This document shows, in pieces, positions 18,086-27,770 of a stretch of DNA of 63,882 bases. The notes beneath the pieces are model-generated. The model was not told the origin of the DNA and made no database searches. It saw only the letters and a list, made by a program, of their open reading frames with translations. Made by a program: the position numbers and the translations under genes. Source of the stretch: a virus (taxonomy: Duplodnaviria > Caudoviricetes); IMG/VR virus record IMGVR_UViG_3300033412_000012, positions 1 to 63,882 of that record. One strand, 5' to 3'. How positions within the stretch are numbered: the stretch's first letter is position 1; each line of letters begins with the position of its first letter.

Positions 18086-18943
18086 TCAGACCCCCAAGTA
18101 GCGTTTCAAATCGACGTTGTGCGAAATCGCCGTGCGCGTCTTGACGTGCATGAACAAACCAGCCATATAAGGCTTGCCGTCGACCGTGATGACGCGCGAG
18201 AAGTCCGCGCTGATGTTAGTCACGACCAAGTCGTCTACCGTTAGCCAGTTGCCGACCAGCAACGACACGCCCAGCGAGCCGCCGAACTGGCCGTCGATTG
18301 TCATGCCGTATGGACCGGTGAACACGCCATTGGATTCTTGCGACACCACCGCTTCCGCCAAGTCGTAATAACGCTGTACGACGCTTTGCTCACCAGATGT
18401 GCCGACGCGGATCAGCGTAAAGCGCAAGTCGTTTTCCCAATATTGACCGTCCGAGAAGTCCCAAGCCAGCGCCGACGCGGCCTTGTTGGCCGATAGCAGC
18501 TTGGTGGCCAGGGCGCCGGCCGAACGACCAAGCAAATTGGCACCGGCCGACAGCGCGTTGCTGAGCGTGGCGTTGCTGGCGCGGCCGGCCGCGCGGCCAG
18601 CCAGTGAACCCAGCTTGTTGCCAAGAGCCGTCCCGACTCCAGCGGCTGCGTTCTGGACCAGCTGCGCCGTGGCGGCCGGCAAGAACTGCGCGTGAATGTT
18701 CAAGTTAATGTCGTTTTCCAGGATGCCGACTGCGAACGTCGTGCCGTTGCGCTGCAAGCGAAACACATGACCACCGCCGAGCTGGTGCAAGACGCGCTCG
18801 TACAGTGGCGACGTGGTGCCGAGCGTCGGCAACGCCGATCCGACGGCAGCTTGGCCGCTGCTGCGCGTAGTCGGGATTGGACTTGGCGCGTTGACGGGCG
18901 CGTTGTTTTGCTGGACGGGCGTGCTCATAAGGAAGTCGCTCAA
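18086..18943 (-). CDS. putative tail tube initiator/baseplate protein
   Basis: Follows the tape measure gene; LVVTNISADFS...GKP motif. Confidence 0.55.
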   Translation of the reverse strand: MSDFLMSTPVQQNNAPVNAPSPIPTTRSSGQAAVGSALPTLGTTSPLYERVLHQLGGGHVFRLQRNGTTFAVGILENDINLNIHAQFLPAATAQLVQNAAAGVGTALGNKLGSLAGRAAGRASNATLSNALSAGANLLGRSAGALATKLLSANKAASALAWDFSDGQYWENDLRFTLIRVGTSGEQSVVQRYYDLAEAVVSQESNGVFTGPYGMTIDGQFGGSLGVSLLVGNWLTVDDLVVTNISADFSRVITVDGKPYMAGLFMHVKTRTAISHNVDLKRYLGV

Positions 18944-21069
18944 CTAAAGACGCTCAGGTTGAACAGCATCAAACCGATTGACGAAAAATCGGACGGGGCA
19001 CGGCCGTGATCAGGCACCGCAGGAGCAGCTGGTACTTGCACGACTGGTGCCACGGCGGCGGGTTCGACCGGCGCCGGAGCAGCCGACGCCTTCGCCAGCT
19101 GCTGCACATCGGGGTTCGTCACGGCGCGTGCCTGTACTGTCGGCCGAGCTGCCCGTGCCCGCTGCTCGGCCGCGTCGAGCGCCAGCAGCGACGACTCCTC
19201 GTGGCGTTCACGCTTCAGCACTTCGGCACGGACGGTAGGAGACGACGACTTGAACAAGGCGGAGTTATGCGCTTGTTTATACTCCTGCACGGCCGTCACG
19301 ATCTGCGCGTCGGTCAGCGCATCGACATCCTTGCCCGCCAGCGCATTGCGGATCACGGAAGTCTTGCCCCCGAACTGCACCGCCGTCGACCAGACGGCGT
19401 CTTGTACGGCCGCCCCGCGCTTGGACAAGTCGATACCGTTGCGCGCCAGCTGCGCGCGTTGCACGTCGAAGTGAGTGCGTTTGATGTAATCGTGCTGAGC
19501 CTGTGCGAACTTAGGGTCATGCGCCGCAACTTGTTGCCAGCGCTCGTTGAACGCGGCCGTCCCAGCTTCCAGTCCAGCAAACTGCTGTCCATACGCGCTC
19601 GAGCGCAGGAAGTCCTGCACCACGCCTTTCTTCGACGACATCTGGTAGGTGCCATACGAGACCCCGCCCGCATCGCCTTTGCCGGACGACACTGTACCGG
19701 CGCCGCCCCGGCCCGACTCATAGCGCTTGGACGTGGCGCCCAGCGCCCAGTCTTTGACGTCCGACAGCACTTGCTCGGTCTTGCTGGCTGCTGCTTCCAC
19801 AGTGCTGCGCACTTGCCGTGCTGCGCGCTGGCCGCGCGCCGCCAACGGCGCCAGCTGACCGGCCGCAGTGGCCGAGCGGTCGCCCGTCACTGCTTTGGCA
19901 ACGCCATCGGCGGCGCGCGTCAAGACTTCACCTAGCCCCACGTGCTGCCAGTCGATGTTCTGGAACGCAGTGCTGAAACTCGTGCTGATACGGTCGATCA
20001 GGCCATCGTTGCCCAGCACTGACTCTTTGAACCCATCCACTGCGTCACCAATCCGGTCGACCTGACGACCCAGCGCCGAACCGGGCTTGTCGAACCAATC
20101 GGCCAAGCCGCCTGTCATCGTCCCGAGCAGCGCGTGCGCCATCGCACGCGTGGACGACTGCGTATCGTAGGAGCGACGCAGTTCGGCACGTGCCTGCGGA
20201 TTCCACAGCGCCCGGACCGAATCGATGCGGCGCTCCAAGCTACTGGCCACGGCCGTAGCAATTGCATGGCTAGTCTTTGGAGCGTGGCGGTTTAACTCGT
20301 TGATCGCGAACTCAGACAGGCCGAATGAGGCATTCGACAGTCCCTGACGCCCGGCTTCCAATACGCGGTAGCCGGCGTTGTCCTGCCCGTACTTGGCCCG
20401 CATATCGGCCTCGGACTCGTGCGCCGCGTGCCACGCGCCAATGCCACCCGACACGAGCGCATAACCGAGTGGGCCGGACAGGGCCGACACGAGACGCGAA
20501 CCAGCCAGCCGCGTCAGTCCTGCGCCGCCAGCCGCCAGCGCCCGGCCGCCCCCTTCCAACGCACCGCCAGCCAGTCCGCCGCGCACGGCTCCGGCCACTT
20601 GACCGGCGTTACCGAGCCGCGCCATGCTGGTGCCGACCGCTTCGATCACGCCACCGATCAGCCCCTTGGCACCGCCAGCCGACTCGAGCACTCGACCGCC
20701 GACTTGACTGACCACGGCCGAGCCCAGCGCGCCTATCGACGAGCCGCCGGCCGAACGCAGCCGGTCGATCGACTCGTGAATACGGCGCAGCAGCTCGGTC
20801 TGGTGGTCAAGCCGCCCGAGCAAAGCCCGCTGGCGTTCGTTCTCCTGCTCCTGGACGACACGCGCCTGCCGCTCCGGATCAACGCGAGAGAAGCCGCGCG
20901 ACACTTGCAGATCGACCGGCCCGACGCGCGACGGACCTTCGTCTTCCGCGTCGCGCGCAGCCATCTCGGTGCGATTGCCGGCCGGGTCGCTGAGCGTCGC
21001 CAGGGAAGCCGACACTTGATCCAAGGCCGTATACAAGCCGCGTTTCATGACCGGGTATGGGATTGCCAT
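18940..21069 (-). CDS. tape measure protein with C-terminal lysozyme-like (VgrG3-type) peptidoglycan hydrolase domain
   Basis: Gly/Ala-rich helical N-part; SKRYESGRGGAGTVSSGKGDAGGVSYGTYQM...AVQDAVWSTAVQFG. Confidence 0.8.
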   Translation of the reverse strand: MAIPYPVMKRGLYTALDQVSASLATLSDPAGNRTEMAARDAEDEGPSRVGPVDLQVSRGFSRVDPERQARVVQEQENERQRALLGRLDHQTELLRRIHESIDRLRSAGGSSIGALGSAVVSQVGGRVLESAGGAKGLIGGVIEAVGTSMARLGNAGQVAGAVRGGLAGGALEGGGRALAAGGAGLTRLAGSRLVSALSGPLGYALVSGGIGAWHAAHESEADMRAKYGQDNAGYRVLEAGRQGLSNASFGLSEFAINELNRHAPKTSHAIATAVASSLERRIDSVRALWNPQARAELRRSYDTQSSTRAMAHALLGTMTGGLADWFDKPGSALGRQVDRIGDAVDGFKESVLGNDGLIDRISTSFSTAFQNIDWQHVGLGEVLTRAADGVAKAVTGDRSATAAGQLAPLAARGQRAARQVRSTVEAAASKTEQVLSDVKDWALGATSKRYESGRGGAGTVSSGKGDAGGVSYGTYQMSSKKGVVQDFLRSSAYGQQFAGLEAGTAAFNERWQQVAAHDPKFAQAQHDYIKRTHFDVQRAQLARNGIDLSKRGAAVQDAVWSTAVQFGGKTSVIRNALAGKDVDALTDAQIVTAVQEYKQAHNSALFKSSSPTVRAEVLKRERHEESSLLALDAAEQRARAARPTVQARAVTNPDVQQLAKASAAPAPVEPAAVAPVVQVPAAPAVPDHGRAPSDFSSIGLMLFNLSVFS

Positions 21070-21073
21070 GTCG

Positions 21074-21217
21074 TCACTGCTCCGTGCTCAGCTTGCGATG
21101 CAACGAAACGAGTTCATTCCACTCGTGGTAAAAACGCTGCTGGATCGTGTCGAGCGGTTGATGAAACTCACGCATCAAAACTAATTCTAGATGCAAGATC
21201 TCTTGGAGCGGAACGAA
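21074..21217 (-). CDS. putative +1 frameshift extension of the tail chaperone (FVPLQEILHLELVLMREFHQP...; gp51/GT-like)
   Basis: 47-codon +1-frame ORF read from the CCC_TTT_CGT site, ending 4 nt before the TMP start. Confidence 0.55.
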   Translation of the reverse strand, partial: FVPLQEILHLELVLMREFHQPLDTIQQRFYHEWNELVSLHRKLSTEQ

Positions 21218-21893
21218 AGGGGAACACAGAATCGACCGCGACCACGACTCTGCCCTCCTTTTGTTCCTCGTTCGGGTCCGTCCGGCTCAGCTTCGGGTGC
21301 ACGACAGCGTCCAGCATCAGGTACTCGTAGATGACTTGCTCCAGCGCTTGCGCGTCGGGTTCGCCGAGCTGGGCAACGAACTCTCGCATCGCTGCGACAT
21401 CGGGCGGCAGCACGTATTTGTGGATCAGGTCGTCGCCGAGCCCAAGTTGCTCGAGCTGCGCCAAATGCCCGAGCGTCGGCAACGTCAAACGCACGAAGTC
21501 GCCGTTGGAGAGTTGAAACTTGAGTGGCAACGCTTTGACGCGTACGTCCTCGAATTCAACGTCGCGCAAGTTGAAAGCTTGGCGCTTGGACGCGCCGTCC
21601 GAATCGGGGAAATCCACTTCGAAGTCATTCGTTTCGACCGTCGACAGCAACCGCAGCACCAGAATAAACTGAAAGTCGTCGAAGTATAGCTCTGACTTGG
21701 CGAAGTTGGTCCGGATACCGTCCAGCGTAATCTCGTACTTGACTTCGGAAGCCACCGACTTGTCCGACAGCAACTTGACTTCGCCGTGCGTGTAGGGCCG
21801 ATACTCGACTTTCGGCACCGGCGTCAAGCGATCGTATCCGAAGAATTGACTGGGCAAACCGGTGACTGCGATCCAGTGATGGTGAACGGTCAT
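21168..21893 (-). CDS. baseplate hub/tail assembly chaperone (T4 gp26-like)
   Basis: LPSQFFGY...YRPYTHGEVKLL...DFQFILVLR...LPTLG; lies between tube and TMP genes. Confidence 0.75.
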   Translation of the reverse strand: MTVHHHWIAVTGLPSQFFGYDRLTPVPKVEYRPYTHGEVKLLSDKSVASEVKYEITLDGIRTNFAKSELYFDDFQFILVLRLLSTVETNDFEVDFPDSDGASKRQAFNLRDVEFEDVRVKALPLKFQLSNGDFVRLTLPTLGHLAQLEQLGLGDDLIHKYVLPPDVAAMREFVAQLGEPDAQALEQVIYEYLMLDAVVHPKLSRTDPNEEQKEGRVVVAVDSVFPFRSAPRDLASRISFDA

Positions 21894-21914
21894 GCTCGAA
21901 CTCCTCAAGAATAT

Positions 21915-22406
21915 TTAAGGCGCAATCAGCGCCGATGCCAACGCCAACTTGACGTGCACAGTCGGGATCTCCGCCACTGAATTGCCCGTCAGCTTGTACT
22001 CACCCAATAAGAATACCAAGTCGGACCACGATTGCACGATATTCTTGGCCCGATCCAACAACTGAAATTCGGCAGTGCGCACGCACTGCATGAGCGGCTG
22101 CTGCATCCCTTCGCTCGACATTGAGCGAGCCCAGTCAACGCACCAGTTCAGCACGTCACGAGACTCGGAGTCGAGCAAGTCCATTTCGACCACCGGCGAA
22201 GCGTGCGCGTCGGGCAACGGCAACATCAGCACTTGGAACGGCGACGGCACCTCCTTGCGACTGACGGACACCACCGGACGGGAATAGTTAGTGGCCGGCA
22301 CCCAATCGCTGAAGCCCGGAATCGGATGGCCCGGAAAACGCACCTCCCACAAGTCGGTACGACCCCAATTAACCGCACGGACTTGATCGATGGTAATGGC
22401 AGGCAC
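21915..22406 (-). CDS. tail tube-like protein (second paralog)
   Basis: IDQVR...LWEVRFP N-terminus parallels the tube gene. Confidence 0.65.
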   Translation of the reverse strand: MPAITIDQVRAVNWGRTDLWEVRFPGHPIPGFSDWVPATNYSRPVVSVSRKEVPSPFQVLMLPLPDAHASPVVEMDLLDSESRDVLNWCVDWARSMSSEGMQQPLMQCVRTAEFQLLDRAKNIVQSWSDLVFLLGEYKLTGNSVAEIPTVHVKLALASALIAP

Positions 22407-22425
22407 GGGATCTCCAAATACAGTT

Positions 22426-22455
22426 CAGGTCGAGGGCGACCACTCCCTCGACCTG
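22426..22455 (-). terminator. hairpin after tail tube gene
   Basis: CAGGTCGAGGG/CCCTCGACCTG 11-bp inverted repeat; U-tract weak. Confidence 0.5.
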
Positions 22456-22475
22456 TTCCTACGAAGCCCGGATCG

Positions 22476-23006
22476 TCACGACGCGAAGTTCACGCCGACT
22501 GGACCATCGTCGAAGTAGGTGTACGCGAGTTTCATGCCCATGCCGACGATCTTGTTTTCCGAGTTCATTTCGCCCGGTTTGTAGTCTTCCAGGAAGGCGC
22601 CGTACAACAAGTACACCCAGACCGGGTTGTCGTTGCCGTCCAGACGCGTCAGCTGGACCGGACAAGTGACTTGATCGATCGACTGTTGGCGGCCGGTGCG
22701 CGTCTGCCAACACAGTTCACGCCAGCCCTTGACGGCGCTGTGCATGTACATGTCGATCGTTTCGTAGGCTTCCAACTCGATGCCTTCCGAGTACTCGGAA
22801 GCGCCCGGCACGCGGACGCGCTGACCACGCACGTTCGCCTCCAGCCGCTTGTTGTGCAGCACCGGGACGCCGGCCGACTCGCAGCGCAAGTTAATGCCGG
22901 TCGAGTCGGGCGACCCCGGAATGCCATTCGGGAACACCAAGTCCCAGCGGATCGATTGCAGGAAGTCCGCGAGACCGCGCACCTGCTCTTGGTTTGGCTT
23001 CGCCAT
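22476..23006 (-). CDS. tail tube protein (T4 gp19-like)
   Basis: Follows the sheath; LRCESAGVP...YLLYGAF...LAYTYF; 176 aa. Confidence 0.85.
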   Translation of the reverse strand: MAKPNQEQVRGLADFLQSIRWDLVFPNGIPGSPDSTGINLRCESAGVPVLHNKRLEANVRGQRVRVPGASEYSEGIELEAYETIDMYMHSAVKGWRELCWQTRTGRQQSIDQVTCPVQLTRLDGNDNPVWVYLLYGAFLEDYKPGEMNSENKIVGMGMKLAYTYFDDGPVGVNFAS

Positions 23007-23022
23007 GATTCAGTAGGCTCCT

Positions 23023-24597
23023 TTAAGAGTAGGTTACACCGGTCGGATCGATCGCCAGCGTGAAGTTGATGAACTCCATACCTTTGGCCGGCTGCAGCCG
23101 CAGCAACACATTCAGCGTATAGTTGTCCACGTCGGCGTTCGAGTTGTTGGTGTTGTCGCACACGGTTTCGTACGCATACACGCCGCCTCTGCCCTGCACG
23201 CCCGACATGAAGTTGTCGATCTTGTTGACGATGCGCAAGCGCTCGTCCGGCAAGTTCAGATTGAACAACTCGCCTTCCAGGTATTGCTGGATCGACGGCT
23301 TGAGCACGCAAAACAGCATGCGCACGTTGACGCGGTCGCGCGCCGACGGCGGGAACGACAGCGTCTTTTGGCCCCAGATCAGGATGCCGTCCGACGTGAA
23401 CCGGATCGGGTTGATGCCGGCGTCGTACATCAAAGCCATGTCGCCATCGTCCAACACGTGCTGCACGCCAACGGCATTGAGCATCGCGCCGCGTCCGTAA
23501 CCGGCCGGCGGCACCCACGCTTCGTAGTTGGTATAAGTGAAGTTGATCGACGCGGACGCGTAACCGGAAGCTCCGATGAAGACGTTCTTGTCGTTGAACT
23601 TGTCGTATACCTCGACCGTCGGCCCGTACACAGCCGCGTAACTGGAGTTGCTGTTGAACCCGGTGCGCCACGTGACCGCGTCCTGCGCGTACGTGATCGG
23701 GCTTTGCATCGTGGCGTAATTGACCGAGCACAGCGCGATACAATCACCGCGCTGCTCGGCAATCGAGATCAGCTCGAGCTTGGTCGAATCGGCCGAGTCG
23801 CCGTGATCGAGCAGCATCGTGCACGGGTACGCCGCTTTGTTCAAGAACAAGTCGTACGCCTGCTCGATCTGGCCGGCCGTCGTCGCCGTGCCGTCCGCAC
23901 CGCCAGACAACGCTAGCGGGGCGGCGGGAGATCCAGTCGGGAAATCCGGCATGATCGTGGGATCGACCGCCAGATTGTCGATGACTGCCACGTAAGCCGA
24001 ACTTTTGAGCACGTCTTCGATGTAAGCCGAGTTGCCCGAGCCGTCCTTGACTTGTTGGCGCGAGACCTTCCACGTCTCCATCAAGACCGAGTCCAGATAG
24101 ACGAGCAGATTGAAATGACCAGCAAACTCGGGGCGTGTCGTCGCTTGCGGCAGCACTTTGAGCCGATTGCCCCACGAGCCCGGATCGGTCAGCTTGCCCT
24201 GCGCCGCGTAGACCAGGAACAAGCCGTCGGCCGTAAACACGTAGGTGGTAGGATCGGACACCGGCGCTGCCGGGACTGTGCTCGCAGCCGTGGCCGTGGC
24301 CTTGTTGGCTTGAACCGCTGCGACTTGGTAGCCGGCATTGGCGGGCTTGACGACCCACAGCTTGTTGCCGCGCGTCAAGTAAATCAGCGCTTGCTGATAG
24401 GCTTGCGACGAGCCCGGCTTGACCGTGCTGTCAATCGAGAACGTAGCCAGCAGCTTGCCCGGGCCGGTGACCAACACCGGCTTGCCGAGCGGACCGCGCG
24501 CGGCGTCCGGAATCGCGATAGCGCCATACAGACCCGGGAACGGGGTCGGCAACGCGCTGTTGTCCTGTTCGGACGTAGTTACCGAGGCGAACGTCAT
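23023..24597 (-). CDS. contractile tail sheath protein
   Basis: WVPPAGYGRG, GINPI, IWGQKTL, DRVNVRML and VCDNTNN motifs. Confidence 0.95.
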   Translation of the reverse strand: MTFASVTTSEQDNSALPTPFPGLYGAIAIPDAARGPLGKPVLVTGPGKLLATFSIDSTVKPGSSQAYQQALIYLTRGNKLWVVKPANAGYQVAAVQANKATATAASTVPAAPVSDPTTYVFTADGLFLVYAAQGKLTDPGSWGNRLKVLPQATTRPEFAGHFNLLVYLDSVLMETWKVSRQQVKDGSGNSAYIEDVLKSSAYVAVIDNLAVDPTIMPDFPTGSPAAPLALSGGADGTATTAGQIEQAYDLFLNKAAYPCTMLLDHGDSADSTKLELISIAEQRGDCIALCSVNYATMQSPITYAQDAVTWRTGFNSNSSYAAVYGPTVEVYDKFNDKNVFIGASGYASASINFTYTNYEAWVPPAGYGRGAMLNAVGVQHVLDDGDMALMYDAGINPIRFTSDGILIWGQKTLSFPPSARDRVNVRMLFCVLKPSIQQYLEGELFNLNLPDERLRIVNKIDNFMSGVQGRGGVYAYETVCDNTNNSNADVDNYTLNVLLRLQPAKGMEFINFTLAIDPTGVTYS

Positions 24598-24600
24598 TGC

Positions 24601-24885
24601 TTAAGCCCCCACGACGAAAACACCAGCGGGCAGCGCGATCTGGCGGCCGTCGGCATCAGTGATTTTGGATTTCTCAATCGAGCGGACACCGTGGTGCGGC
24701 AGCGACAACTCCTCGCCGTCGGTCAACTTGATCGGGACGCTATAGTTCAAGCGCGACGCGAGGCGCACCAATACGTCGACGCTCGGAGCGGTCGACTGGA
24801 CGGGCTCGGGCGTCACCGGAGCCGTCGAGACCGGCTCCACTTGCGGCGCGGACGTGGCTCCCGTGTCCTGAGTTTCAGCCATCAT
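24601..24885 (-). CDS. hypothetical structural-module protein
   Basis: AGGAG RBS; 94 aa. Confidence 0.65.
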   Translation of the reverse strand: MMAETQDTGATSAPQVEPVSTAPVTPEPVQSTAPSVDVLVRLASRLNYSVPIKLTDGEELSLPHHGVRSIEKSKITDADGRQIALPAGVFVVGA

Positions 24886-24945
24886 GCTACTCCTGGATGT
24901 TAGGATGTACGGCTAGAGTATTCTGCACAGACGGTTCACCCGCGC

Positions 24946-25713
24946 TCAGGGCAACGGGTTAGGCGGATTTGAACTCGTGATCGTGCTCGTCTCGTCGTAT
25001 TCCGTTACTGTTCCGCCGGTGTTGGTAACTTGCAAGTCGAGGTTGACCGTGTTGAAGCGCTTGGTCGAGTACGGCTGGCCGGACACCAGGAATCCCTGCA
25101 CACGCAACCCGAACGTCACGCTGTACAACTGACGGGCATCAGTCGAGTAAGGCTTGGCGCGGCTATTCTCATAATCGACGTAGTATGTGCCGCGCAGCGC
25201 GACCGACTGGCCGGCCGGCACGTAGGCTGCGAAATCGAGCGGGTAATCGAACTGGATGCCGTTGACGAAACTCAGAAACAAGAATTCGATCCAGTTCTCC
25301 GCTTCCGCGAACGTGCGACACACGAAGACCGCTTCATAATCCACCGAGACGGGAACCACCGGCGCCAAGACGGCGCCGTATTGGTCTTCGAACAACTTCA
25401 TGGTGAACCCACGGTTGGAGCGACCAGCTCCGGGCACGCGGCTGATGGCACTGCGCACGAGTGCCAGGAACGGCACTACGTTGGGTTTAATGGCAGGCGG
25501 GGCAGGTTGTCCGGCAGCTTGGGCGGCAGCAGCGGCGGCAGCTGCCGCATCGGCTTGATTGCGCTGCACGAAATCGATCAAGTCGTCCAAGTCATCGAGC
25601 GAGTTGCCGATGCAGACCGTGATCGGCTCGACCGTCGGCAACTTCGCTGCGACTTGCGACTTCCAGTCGGTCAGCAGCCCTTCGGTGATTGAAACCAGCG
25701 AGGTCTTTCCCAT
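24946..25713 (-). CDS. putative tail terminator/completion protein (gp15-like)
   Basis: Position before the sheath; PVVPVSVDY...YSVTFGLRVQGFL pattern. Confidence 0.6.
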   Translation of the reverse strand: MGKTSLVSITEGLLTDWKSQVAAKLPTVEPITVCIGNSLDDLDDLIDFVQRNQADAAAAAAAAAQAAGQPAPPAIKPNVVPFLALVRSAISRVPGAGRSNRGFTMKLFEDQYGAVLAPVVPVSVDYEAVFVCRTFAEAENWIEFLFLSFVNGIQFDYPLDFAAYVPAGQSVALRGTYYVDYENSRAKPYSTDARQLYSVTFGLRVQGFLVSGQPYSTKRFNTVNLDLQVTNTGGTVTEYDETSTITSSNPPNPLP

Positions 25714-25786
25714 GTCGGCACTCGTTTAACTAGTACCGACAGGGTTCCTCGGAGCGTTGGGGCTCCGAGGTCCAGCAAGCGCCGCC

Positions 25787-26584
25787 TTATTGAGGCGGCT
25801 GATCCGATTCCAAATCCACGCCACGATCCGCGAAAAACTTGGCCATACTGGTTTGCATGGCGGCGTGCAGAGCGTCAGCTTGTACTTGTACCAAGTGCGT
25901 GAAAGCCTGTGCAGCGTGGAAGTCACCCGTATCGCGCGCGACTTGCTCGAGCGAGTTACGCAGGATCACAAACATTTGCTCATGCGGGTCGGATTGCGCA
26001 TCCGCCGTCTGGGCTGCCAGCGGCGTGGCCGGCGCGGCATCGACGATGGTCGTGGCCGAAGCGATGGCCACGGCGGCCGGGTCGGCCGCTTGAGCTGCCA
26101 GTTCCGGCGTGGGTGACGTGGTCGGGGCAGGCTGGGCGGGCGGCGGGTAGACCGCGTGCGCCGGCATCTGGGCGTCCGGCGTGCGGACGACATCGGCGGT
26201 TGCGGCCACCGGAGCGGCGCTCGCGTCGTCCACGGCTACCGCCACGACGGGAGCAACGGGCTCAGCGGCGGCGGCTTCGGTCGTCACGGTCTCGACCACC
26301 GGCGTGACCGGCTCGGCAGCAGGTTCAGCCGGAGCGTCAGCGGCGGCAGGAGCGGGAGCTTCGGTAACCGGCTCCGACGACGGCGGCAGCGAGGATTGCG
26401 CCGACGAGGTCGATGCAGAAGCGTCGGCGTTTCCCGCGTCGCTGGCGAGGGCGGCTTGCGGCGGTGCGTCCACGCTGGCTTGAGCTGCGGTCTCCGTCGT
26501 GTCTTGAGTCGTCGACTCGGGAGCCGGGGTTTGCTCAGGGGTAGGGGCGCCGTTCTGGTCGGGCGTGGCGTTCAAATCGGACAT
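25787..26584 (-). CDS. acidic Ala/Pro/Thr-rich low-complexity protein
   Basis: AGGAG RBS; composition. Confidence 0.7.
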   Translation of the reverse strand: MSDLNATPDQNGAPTPEQTPAPESTTQDTTETAAQASVDAPPQAALASDAGNADASASTSSAQSSLPPSSEPVTEAPAPAAADAPAEPAAEPVTPVVETVTTEAAAAEPVAPVVAVAVDDASAAPVAATADVVRTPDAQMPAHAVYPPPAQPAPTTSPTPELAAQAADPAAVAIASATTIVDAAPATPLAAQTADAQSDPHEQMFVILRNSLEQVARDTGDFHAAQAFTHLVQVQADALHAAMQTSMAKFFADRGVDLESDQPPQ

Positions 26585-26679
26585 CGTGTGACTCCTGAAG
26601 TGGCGAGTAGGATACTGGAGGTTCCAGCGCGGAGCAGTAAAGCGCGACAGTACCCAGCCGGTTCTAGTCGCGCGCGCAC

Positions 26680-27165
26680 TCAGGACCGTGGCAATCCGAC
26701 ATTAAACACGGCGGCCAGCGGATCGTCACAATTCTCCTCGTACATAGCGTCGTGCAGCGCGGATGCAATCGCGTAATCGGCTGCGCCCTGCGGGTCGAGG
26801 AACACGTCGACGCCGGGATCCTGGCCGCCCTGCAACGCTCGCAGCTGTCCCGCCACGCCCGCCGTGGCGCGCAGGAACGCCAAGTCAGGATCGGACTGCT
26901 CACGCGCGGCTTGCTCACATAAGTCACGCAACCCACGAGCAGACGGTGCGCGAGCGCGTTCGCAATCCTCACGTTCTTGTTGGCGCGGCGGGTAAGACAA
27001 GTTGGACGCGCACGGGTCCGGATCGGCGGCCGGTCGATAATCCCAAGTGCCGTGATTGTCGCCCTTGTGCGACTTTGGGCAGGCAATGAACTTGCCGCGC
27101 GAACCGGACCGCACGATCAGCCGAGTCTGACACTTCGGGCAATAAATGGGAGCGGGTTTCCTCAT
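26680..27165 (-). CDS. protein with topoisomerase I-type C4 zinc ribbon
   Basis: CPKC...LIVRSGSRGKFIACP. Confidence 0.65.
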   Translation of the reverse strand: MRKPAPIYCPKCQTRLIVRSGSRGKFIACPKSHKGDNHGTWDYRPAADPDPCASNLSYPPRQQEREDCERARAPSARGLRDLCEQAAREQSDPDLAFLRATAGVAGQLRALQGGQDPGVDVFLDPQGAADYAIASALHDAMYEENCDDPLAAVFNVGLPRS

Positions 27166-27410
27166 AGCGCCTCCGCTGTTTCCGTAAGTGACTGCGCAAT
27201 TCGCAGCAACGCCGCGCGTAGCTGGTCTTTGGTCATGACTCGCTCCGCGATGCGGCCCAGCAGCTGGTACTTGTCGTCACCGAGCGCCATGACGGTCATG
27301 ATCGGGCGTGCCGCGTCCAGACCGAACACGATGCTGGTACTCTGACGGCTGCCGGCTCCCGTCACCAGACGGCGCGGATCGCGCGACGGATCAACCTGTG
27401 GCTTGGCCAT
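27162..27410 (-). CDS. hypothetical protein
   Basis: GAGG RBS; coupled to neighbours. Confidence 0.55.
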   Translation of the reverse strand: MAKPQVDPSRDPRRLVTGAGSRQSTSIVFGLDAARPIMTVMALGDDKYQLLGRIAERVMTKDQLRAALLRIAQSLTETAEAL

Positions 27411-27714
27411 GAGTGCCTCGCCGCAAGTCAGGGCGCTCGAGCAGGAACTCGATGAAAGCGTTGGTGCCGTCCACGCAAGTCGATCGCATTTCCTCTACGA
27501 GCCATTTGCCGTGTTCCCAGACATGAATGTTGTCGACCCACAATTCGATGGCCGGCCCTTCCGACGTGAGCCAGTGGCAAAAGCGCCTCCAGTCGTAAAC
27601 CTGCCGCACGCCGTCCTGGTCGACGCGACTCAAGTCGCCTTCGAACGCAAAATTGCGGGAATGACTAGTTCCGAACGCTTTGTCGCACGGGCATTTCCAA
27701 ACGACGCGCATCAT
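27391..27714 (-). CDS. hypothetical protein
   Basis: AGGAG RBS. Confidence 0.6.
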   Translation of the reverse strand: MMRVVWKCPCDKAFGTSHSRNFAFEGDLSRVDQDGVRQVYDWRRFCHWLTSEGPAIELWVDNIHVWEHGKWLVEEMRSTCVDGTNAFIEFLLERPDLRRGTHGQATG

Positions 27715-27770
27715 AGTGCTCCTGGATTGACTGTACTCGTAACAACGAGTACGAAGTCAGCAGCACTACG

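Noticed and set aside
14056-24597. T6SS, tailocin or eCIS interpretation of PAAR, spike, sheath and VgrG3-like domain
   Set aside because: Portal, protease, capsid and replication genes are linked, and there are no T6SS membrane-complex genes; this is a phage tail.
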